Assembly: GCF_006345805.1 (NCBI RefSeq)
Contig: NC_042998.1
Location: forward strand, 123,442,001-123,506,000
Reading direction: 5' to 3'
DNA from: Octopus sinensis
Taxonomy: Eukaryota
DNA: 64,000 nucleotides
The stretch's first letter is position 1. The number at the start of each line of letters is the position of its first letter. Shown in pieces: positions 54,530 to 64,000 of this stretch. A program made the position numbers and the translations under genes. Below the pieces are notes generated by a model. It was not told where the DNA came from. It did not search any database and saw nothing but the letters and a program-made list of their open reading frames with translations.

Positions 54530-55063
54530 GTATGTATGTATTGGTTGTCCTTCTTTTGAATCGATCTAGTTTGCAGCAGCTTTGCTTGGGCTAATAGATC
54601 TTTCTTTAGCATTTCAAATTTTTGGGACCCACATATTGTTTCTAAGATGTTCTGCAGAACACTCAAACTTAGACATAAATTAAAACCAGTAAAAATCGCT
54701 CAGAGTTTCCTTTCAGAGTCCAACACTCATGATCACACAAAGCAATACCCATTATGAACGGAAAAGCTGCTCTCTCTCAACACATTACCGAATGTCGAGA
54801 GTGTTGTAAAGTATCATTCGACAATGCTCTTGAGAAAAAATCGTATTTTTTTAATATTCGAGGTAAATTAAATTTGAAGGCAATTGATGAAAACCCAGTC
54901 ATGAATTTCACTGGTATACACTATGTAACAATTTCAATTTCTCTCCTCCTGAATATATATGCATACATACATACATATATACATACATACATACATATGA
55001 GTGTGAATGCCTGTTTGTATATATACGTGTATATACATACACATATATGTATATATATATATG

Positions 55064-55160
<97 letters not shown>

Positions 55161-55162
55161 TC

Positions 55163-55203
<41 letters not shown>

Positions 55204-55240
55204 CAGTGATATCTTCGAAACATATGTCGGAAGTGAAAGT
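54530..55240 (+). mobile_element. Degraded PLE 3' end (GIY-YIG C-terminus + hammerhead-like remnant)
   Basis: KTS..FRVQH..AALSQHITECRECC..FDNALEK..F..R..LKAIDENPVMN (ORF 54754-55134, first half), followed by CTGAA(T)A at 54949 and CGAAACATATGTC at 55216-55228. Confidence 0.55.
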
Positions 55241-55267
55241 ATTTGAATGATAGCTGCGTTAAACTCC

Positions 55268-55298
<31 letters not shown>

Positions 55299-55403
55299 CC
55301 GAGACTTAGCGATGTAACTTTAGGCTCAGCATGTTAGGCGTAAGTTGATATACTGCCGCTTAATACATACATGATTCAAAGATTGTAAAAAACATGAATA
55401 AAT

Positions 55404-55563
55404 AGGCGCAGGAGTGGGTATGTCGTAAGTAGCTTGCTTACTAGCCACATGGTTCCCGGTTCAGTCCCACTGCGTGGCACCTTGGGCAAGTGTCTTCTAC
55501 TATAGCCTAGGGCCAACCTTGTGAGTGGATTTGGTAGACGGAAACTGAAAGAAGCCCGTCGTA

Positions 55564-55632
<69 letters not shown>

Positions 55633-55870
55633 CCTGTGTCTGTGTGTGTTGTGTGTGTATGTGTTTGTGTGTCTGTGTCAGTCCCCCTAATATGGCTTGA
55701 CAAGCGATGCTGGTGTGTTTACGTCCCCGTAACTTAGCGGTTCGGCAAAAGAAACCGATAAGTACTAGGCTTACAAAGAATAAGTCCTGGGCTCGATTTG
55801 CTCGACTGAAGGTGGTGCTCCAGCATGGCCGCAGTCAAATGACTGAAACAAGTAAAAGAATAAATGAGTA
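55404..55870 (+). mobile_element. SINE family A, full length
   Basis: ggcgcaggagtgg head, ggttcagtcccactgcgtggcaccttgggcaagtg, internal microsatellite, and conserved tail gactgaaacaagtaaaagaataa. Confidence 0.92.
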
Positions 55871-56404
55871 AAAAGTAAAAGGTAAATACAACACGTATTA
55901 GTTGGAAGACATGTGACATTACGGAATAGTAGCAAAGCTAAATTGCATTTACATACTAACTGACTTAAACCGCCAATGTACCTCACACACTATACTTACA
56001 GTAGGTTTTCACTTTAATTCCTGACAATTCATAGGTACAGAGAAATATATTCAACTTCTACATAATTCTAAATCCTTCAACAACAAAATCTTTCTCCAAA
56101 CATTATAGTTAATACATATATCAGTAAATCTATTCTTGCTTTCCTCAAGAAAGGAAATGAAACATTTACAAGCAAACTAACAGTAATACCGGGGGACTAC
56201 GAAATGCAGTAATGATATGTACTCTCTCCCATTGTTTTTCTTTTGTCCCTAAACAGATAACCCATGCCTCTATAAAGTATACAAATGCAGAGGGCATCAT
56301 TCACGCTGGTTATGCACTAAACAGAACTATTTAATTTCTTCCGAATTAAGTTAATCACAAACAAATTTGTAGCAAATGTCTGCAGACTTATAGTACTGCC
56401 TAAC

Positions 56405-56550
56405 ACATAATCAGTCTGGTGTACTCAACGACGAGTGTTCTGATTGATACGATCAGGGAAACAACCTGTTCGCGAAATCAACGTGAAAGTGACTGAGCAC
56501 TCGCCAGACAAGCGACCTCTTAATGTAATTCTGAAGGAGGTTACCTATGA
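56405..56550 (-). mobile_element. Probable SINE/LINE-tail remnant of a third family
   Basis: Minus strand gaattacattaag..gagtgctcagtcactt.cacgttgatttcgcgaacagg resembles a recalled octopus interspersed repeat. Single copy in this window. Confidence 0.35.
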
Positions 56551-59500
56551 CACAAGACTAGTCAATTGAACTACAGATACAATCTACTTTATGGCCGTGA
56601 GCTGAAGACATTAACCACTAAGGCACGCGCGAAGTTAATCTATTTTTCTCTTAACACGGGACATAAATGGCTACAGCATGCAAGCAAAACACACACACCA
56701 TCATAAACACTACAAATTCAATCAACACGCACCTCAATATGCAGAAAACACACACACATTGTACGATTTATTTGACCTTAACATCAAAACCAAGTACGAG
56801 AAAGATAGAATATACAGCACTCTGGATTATCGCTTATGAACAATGTTATAAACAAAAATATTTACAAAATTTTATCTACACTGTCTCTATCAGTGCTACA
56901 GCACATCCATAATTGTTTGCTCAATCGGTGAGAAAGAGCAGCCAGACTTCTCTCAAATCGTACCCAATAGTCATGCATGAAAAATTGCCAAAATAGATAT
57001 TGGTGTACGAATAACAGTGAGGTCGCCGATGTGATGCTTTTCATCATGCATGTGATCTTGAAAATAGAGCAACATGAATCACAACAATAACAAGAGCCGT
57101 ACAGAAATAGGCTGGACTTTGGACAAATATATTATATAGGGCACACTAATCTAATGGAGATTAATCCAATCTAACATACCAAAAATTATGTTATAATTCA
57201 TCACGCTCGTAAAGATATCGGTGCTTGGAGCGATTTGATAGGATATTATATAGAATATGCATGCTCCTATCATTTACGGCCTTAGCACTGCATACATATT
57301 ATGGGAAGTGTACAAAGCTATGTACCATTTGGCCTGTATTTGTTTACACGTCGATGCTAACACACATGTAGAAACTAATATTTTTTTCTTTCAGCCGAAA
57401 AGAATTGTGATTTAGTTATTGTTGATATAATTACATCACTTCCATAACTCAATTTTATCATTCGCCTAATTGTCATGGAAACTTTAACACTCTAGTCCAT
57501 TATCAAATTAAGAGAAATCAATTAACATTTCTCCAATATTCATTATATACAAGAATTTTATTGGCACTAGTTTTATACCTAAGCTCTTCGTTGTTTTCTA
57601 GTATATTAGATTTCACTTAGTTCTAAAAACAAGAACTAGTGTACAAAAGTAGGCTTCTAGTTTGTGAAGAGCATTTTGCCCTACTATCACACACATAAGC
57701 GTGCAGGAACTCACACATGTACATACATGCATATACATGCATTTTACACACACACAGACACACACACAGAAACACACACACACTCCCTCACACGCTCACA
57801 CATAAACACACACACAAATATATGATGCAAGCTCAATATGTATGAGAGAGAAAACCAGTTGCAGATATTGCCATGAGAGTTACAAATGCTAGATTCGAAG
57901 TTCTATTTGTAGGCTCAAAAGACGCACATTGGCTTCGTGAGTTCATCTGTTTTTGTAAACAGTATTAAATCACCAGAGTAATGAGAGCGTAGATAAGTTA
58001 CCTTGTGGTTTGTTTCGGCCCTCTCTGCTCTGGATTCTGGACCCTTTGAGGTCAAGAAATAAAGAACCTGTCCTATACAGAACTCTGTACTTCTCTTCAT
58101 TTCTTTCTTTTGTCACTCCTCTGTTCTTTCTTCCGTTCTTTGTTTTTTTGTTTATTTCTTTCTTCCATTATTTATGTTTAACTGTAGGATAATCCATTTC
58201 TGTAACATGGAGGTAAATATTTTGTATCAGGTGTAAACATGTCTGAAAGCCATCGCATGTCATGAGGTCTCCCTACTAATCCATCCGAAATTCAGAATGC
58301 AATGAAGGAAGAAGGGCATAATATAGCAACATGTCATTGATCAACATAAATATGAACACATAATAATGGAAATCAATCAAGATACATATGTATGATACGA
58401 CACATAAGACAAACGAATTAAGATATACACAAATTATAAATCAAAGCAGTTAAGATGCACCATAAAATGCGAAGCATCTCTGCTTATGTTTTTTTACATA
58501 TGTGCTCAAGAAAAAGGGATATAAAACTGAAATTCTCGTTTACACGAGAATAAATTCTACAGAATAGGGGTAGAAAAAGAGAACCGGGTGATTCTACCTT
58601 CTATTTATCTTGAATGTATCGTTAAGTGAACAGAAAATTTATAGCGGTTAAAATCCGACTCATATGTAATAAATTGCTCACTCACCGAAACAATGTCAAT
58701 TTTATATAAACAAAGTAACCGGATAGAGAGTATTTGTAGAATTAGCTATACGAGTAAAAAGTGATAAGTATTATGTCAGTAGCTATTCAGAAATACAACT
58801 GTTTAAGCATATATATACAAATATATTGCTATCTTAAAACACTATTGAAATATAGTGCCTACATAAATTATAATCGCGCGTAAATAACAAACATACAGTA
58901 TATTCAAACTTTACTTAAATATAGAAGATAGATTTCTCCACTTTATCCTAATATATTGGCATTGTTGAATGCAAACATAACGAATGTTAAATTCTTAATA
59001 AAACAAAAGGATTAGAACACAAACTTCAAGCTCCATATATTCTCTGCCGTTTGAGTCAGAAAAATAGTTGTTCTTCTTTTGTGTAGTAATGACCTGATTC
59101 ACTCTTAGGCTATTTTATTACAGTGTGTCTATTGTAATCTGTGAATATTTGTGTCTAAATGTATACGTGCGTGTGTCTATGAATGTTTGTACCGTAACCT
59201 AGTAAGACATGATACATGTATTAATAATATTACCAGAGTAATTTGATACACTCTCCATGATGCAAACTTACATGTTCAACACATGTATTAACGGGACTCA
59301 ACTTAACATAAAGTACGTATTTTAAGAAGCACATGTGGCTCATCAGAGCATTATACACGTTTGAGCGTAGTTGTATCAGTGTTTAAAGGAAGTCAACACT
59401 TATATTTTTCATCTTATTGACAGTCACGAGACTCGAATGAGATATCGTGCACGAAGTAAAATTTATTCAAAACGCAAACGGGAATATATGCTTCTTTGTT

Positions 59501-60208
59501 TAGTGAATGGGTTTGTTTGTATAAGCAAAACATTCCTTATTTGTTGCACTATATACATAGTATTTGAAGAGTATTGGCTGCTGAGTTAAATATGCTTTTC
59601 TGCACAATACCAGTGATTGGTATCTTAGATATACTATAAGCATCGTTATCAGTAATGTGTGAATAATTTACTGAATAATAATGTATAAAACATGTATAAT
59701 GAAACTTTGGTTTTACATACACATACATGCTTGAAAGCGAAAAGGTTTTTCTGTTTAAAGTTTCAATAGGTAATGTGTATTTATAAACACACATTTACGA
59801 ACTTCCTTTTGTTGTATATCGTGTAGCTTATACGAATCTGCAGAGGTTTAGGCAATTAACCCTGGTTATTAGAAAATTTAATTGCAATAACCTTTGGTCT
59901 TGCAATTACTTACTACAGTTGAATATATCCGCGCTTTAAACTTATTCACATTTAGTGACCTGCAACAAACTCCTAGATAAATTGTTGTAAAGACAATAAA
60001 TGATAAATTCTATCGTATCTAATTTTCTGAGTCGATCAAATTTTCAAATAATCTGTAAAAAAAACATTATTTTATACAATACAGTAGTTTTCCTTTTAAA
60101 TGAGCTACTGTTTGTCTTCTTTTTTTATATTACAAGGAAATATTTCAATCGAACCGTGTAAATAGAATCTGTAACAATTTGATGCAATTTATATTTTATT
60201 ACTGATGT

Positions 60209-60660
60209 GTGACTTTTGCGTTTGCCCAGCGCATTAAATCAAATATTTATTATCTTTTGTCGTTACAATACAAGGTGAACAACATTGTTGTTTGGAAACT
60301 TGATAACGCTCACAAATATAATTTGCTTAATATTTATGAGAAATTCAATTTTACCATTTTTGTTTTCGTAATCTTTGAAATATTCATATCAACATGCACA
60401 TGGCAAATTACTTTAGAGTTCTATCACTATTTTCTTTTCTTCAAAGAATGAAATAAAAATATTAGGAAGATGTACATATTCAGAGATCCTGATAAATAAA
60501 ACAGAAAACAACATATTACAGATTTTGTCGAAGTTTTTCAGTCAATGATTTTCATTCGTATTTCCATTTTATAACAAATTGTCCATACAGTTATTGGTCG
60601 AACAATCCTGGAAATTTCAATAATTTCTGTTGACCTGGAAACAGATGATTTTATAGCTGT
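60209..60660 (+). pseudogene. Candidate decayed FN3-like and Cys-rich exons
   Basis: LQYKVNNIVVWK..HKYNLLNIYEKFNFTIFV (FN3-like Y/W spacing). The AG-bounded block 60542-60660 reads NCPYSYWSNN..NFC*PG. The strand is not certain. Confidence 0.22.
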
Positions 60661-62760
60661 GTATCTTATATTCCAAACTCAATATCCCTTTAGTACTACT
60701 AAAATGAAAAAACAAAAACTTTTAAATTTCGATGTATAATCAGTCCTCAAGCCTGCAGTATATTATTGAAGGATGCTACACTAATAGTATACTGCTGTTA
60801 CATAAAGAAAATGAGGTATATATTTTTTATTCCTAAAGAATATTCTTTGCTACACACAGATTTCATATCGTACTCACTGAAAATCTAATCCAGAATTCTT
60901 TACATGTTTCCCTAATGGCATGTTAGTATATGAAATTATATTTATTTTTTGATATCAAATTTTCTTTAGAGGCAGCAAGTCAACTGATTTAATTGATGTA
61001 ATTTGTATATTACTACTGAATGTTTTATCGCCCCTGAAGTGATGACAGTAAACTGTAAGCCAGCGGGCAACGAAATCAGAACATAGACGGGAGCGACAAA
61101 TTTAATTATCGGGAAATATTAAGCGTGATGAATTACGAAGTCTGCCAAATCGATGCCTACAAAATGACTTTTATGACCTAGATTATAAAATATATTTGAA
61201 ATATCTATTAGAAATTCTTTATTAACATGAACTCCTTCACTTCATTATTAAATTTCTCATTCGTGCTATTCAAATTTTATATCTCTTCTGTAATGTAAGA
61301 TGATATTGATTCACTTATTTTGAAAGTGCATTATATACATATGTGTGTGTATGTGTGTGTGAGTGAGTGAGTGTGAGTATGTGCGTGCGCACGCGTGTGT
61401 GTGTTAAAATATATTTTAAAATCTTTGGTATAACGCTTTTTTCATAACGTATTCAAACACAAACTCAAAAACAGAATTGCAAGCCCAAATGTAAGCAGTT
61501 TAACTTCACTTTATAAGTTAGTTTCAAACCAACTTCGTATCTTAATTACAAAAACTGTCAGGTTACTTGGAATAAAGTAAATTTTAGCCAATTTATTTCT
61601 CTGAAACATTTCTAGACAGATATGATAGGCTGACGTTCGAACAAAATTAAAGGACCTCTAATTTAAATATCACTTGAAATGGTTCAAACACTTCATTCGC
61701 GCTTCATTACATCTCTAAATTGTTATTAAACTGTGCATTCACGCCTACATCCATTCATTCGCAGTTGTTCTAGTAGTGGAAACAATGAACAATAGATTGT
61801 ACTAGCAAAAAAGTTACATTTGAACTACTGAACTAAAAACATCTAACAATGTCATTGAACTTCCTGAATACTGAGCTTTCTATCTTTCAGAATAAAATAT
61901 AACCTAGTAGCAACTGAAAAGGACTTGCTAGATTGGATCACTTTGTCACTTAGATGTTCATGTCACTTTGTATAGAGCAGACAGAGCAACATGACGGACT
62001 AATATTATAGACATGTGTACATTCATCATGTCAAGAAATAGGACATAAATAAATAAGACACATCTCTTCCACCTTATTAATTCGATAATAGTGTAAGTCG
62101 TGTGAAAAGCTTTACTAGAAAAAAATGGGTTTTTTACGCATGGTAGAGGATGCCATACAACCGTGTCTAAAATTGCTGCGTACTCCAAATCAGTTTCTTA
62201 AGTGATCATCCTGTATGGCATAATACTTATTGTTGAAATATTTCTCAACTATTTTTCGCCTGTCGGTTTACGTTTATTATCAGCATTATTTACCTTAGGG
62301 CATTATTTCAAAGGCAGTCAATGAAGTTAAAGTGTACGAAACTTGATCTTTTACTTTTTTCAAATATTGTTTTCTCTATAGAAATATCAAGTATACATCT
62401 ACTAGTTTAAAAGTAAATAAAAGAAAAAATATTCTCACTTTTGGGTATTTTACTTTTCATTCTGCCAGGAAAGATTTTACTCAAAACTTTGCATGTCATT
62501 TATTTTTAAAAATCCATGTCATTTTGGGTCTTCTTCTCGTAACCCATTTTAAAATAAGTATTTCCAGTATACGTATCCAGCTTTTTGCATAAGTCTTGTG
62601 TATGCCTCTGTGTTGAAGTTGCGTGTAATATACTAACCACGTTCTTTGTGCTAGCGATTAAAACAAAAGTGCTGTCGGCACGTATACCGGGGATTTTTCA
62701 GGGTTTCATATGTTAATGGCATTTTCAATTTCTTCTTTAAATACTTCTGCGTAAATATTC

Positions 62761-62968
62761 TTTTCTACTCTAGGCACAAGGCCCGAAATTTTGGGGGTGG
62801 GAGCCAGTAGATTAGATCGACCTCAGTACGCAACTAGTACTTAATCTATCAACCCTGAAAGGATGAAGGACAAAGTCAACCTCGGTAGAATTTGAACTCA
62901 GAACGTAAAGACAGACGAAATACCGCATTTCGCCACGTCTGCTAACGTTTCTGCCAGTTCGCCACCCT
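62761..62968 (-). mobile_element. tRNA-derived SINE family B
   Basis: Minus strand: ggtggcgaactggcagaaacgttagc head, gagttcaaattc B-box, gtactgaggtcgatctaatc, and a tail cttgtgcctagagtagaaaag. Confidence 0.85.
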
Positions 62969-63149
62969 CTTCTACTTAAATATTTACATAATGTACAGCA
63001 ACCAAATTTCTCTCTCGCAATGTTTTCCTGTTGTGTGAGAGTTCACAGTTAAATTGCAGCTGGAAATGCACATGCCAGCATTGAAATAATTCTCTCGTGT
63101 TTTTAAATATAAAAGTAAATATAATATAATACGACATCTGTACCGAACA

Positions 63150-64000
63150 TAATGCAAAAGAGAGCATAATCTTTTCATATTATCTGGCATAGGTCGCTCA
63201 AATTGCACACGTTGATAGAATAATTCCTTTTATATATTAAGTCATTTCTCAATGCTACAAACAATGCACTGTTGTATGTACTATTTCATGCATTTTCGTT
63301 TGTGTCATCTAACCATTGTCTCCAGAGATTGTCAATCATTGCATCAAATAGATGGCAATCCGAAGGTGAAACGTGATCCACTGACCCGCCGAATTTGCCG
63401 ATTATCTGACTTGTTGCAAAAGCCGAGCCTAATATGGAATGTCGGCAGTTTTCAGATTGTTATTGTTTTTGTTTTCTTTATCTCCTAATGGTTTCTCTAA
63501 TGTTTATGAGTGTCTCAGTGTAACGTTCGCTGTTCACGATATAACCACATTCCTGAGAATCAAGGACAGCAATGGTCTTCTCATACCCTGAAACAGCTAT
63601 CATGGTTTATTTTGCCGATCGTCTGTTTTTTGTTTCGACACAGTTCTTGACGAAGAAGTGCAATGCTCTATCTTCGACATAGCTTTCATTTTCCGATAAT
63701 AAACATACGCCTATGTTTCATACTCCTAGCAACAGATCGAACCAAATGAGTTATCATGAGCATCAAAAATCTTCCAGCATTAGACTAGTTCTCCGCAAAT
63801 TTCTCCATCAAATCGGTTCAAAGCTGTCGAGGTAAATCCATATGCATACATGTTCTGATATCCAAAATATTGCTCTATCATCTGTAATCTGTTTAAACAC
63901 TTGCTTCTTATGTAGCAATTGTGATTTATCGGTCGGCATGAATCAATGCGTTCAAATTTTGTAGTTCGCAGAGCCCTAACTTCTAGTTTGATTCTAAATA
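63150..64000 (-). mobile_element. Mariner transposase remnant, truncated by the window end
   Basis: ITDDRAIFW (ITGDETW-like); MIAVS..IVNSERYTETL..IRETIRR; SPSDCHLFDAMIDNL (SPDLAPSDFHLF-like). Confidence 0.72.

Noticed and set aside
59325-59355. Minus-strand CTGATGAG plus palindrome as a hammerhead
   Set aside because: GAAA and the NUH/stem I elements are absent.
60100-60700. Minus-strand FN3/EGF reading of this region
   Set aside because: It needs several Cys/Gly back-mutations, and an equally weak reading exists on the plus strand. I kept only the low-confidence plus-strand call.

Overview
AT-rich, microsatellite-dense eukaryotic genomic DNA. The SINE families and repeat landscape resemble octopus/coleoid cephalopod DNA; this is inferred from recalled repeat sequences and was not checked by a database search. 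I find no intact host gene. The window is mostly transposon debris: mariner, Tc1 and maT(DD37D) transposons, a Chapaev3 (CMC) transposon, an internally deleted Gypsy nested in a mariner, about 8 R4/Dong-like (RT + REL endonuclease) LINE fragments that mostly abut TAA, CATA or GAA microsatellites, two tRNA-type SINE families, a MITE, and an RTE-like LINE 3' end with three C2H2 fingers. The standout is a Penelope-like element (PLE) at 3565-5915 (minus strand). It has an uninterrupted 532-codon frame (RT thumb + GIY-YIG) carrying two long low-complexity insertions and lacking the usual Cys-rich linker, followed on the same strand by a type-I hammerhead ribozyme (3631-3710) and AATAAA. Two further degraded PLE ends carry hammerhead-like cores (about 45.4 kb and 55.2 kb); in the latter, loop II appears to be a ~260-nt microsatellite. 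There is also an old segmental duplication and scattered stop-riddled Cys-rich (EGF-like) pseudo-exon candidates on the plus strand.
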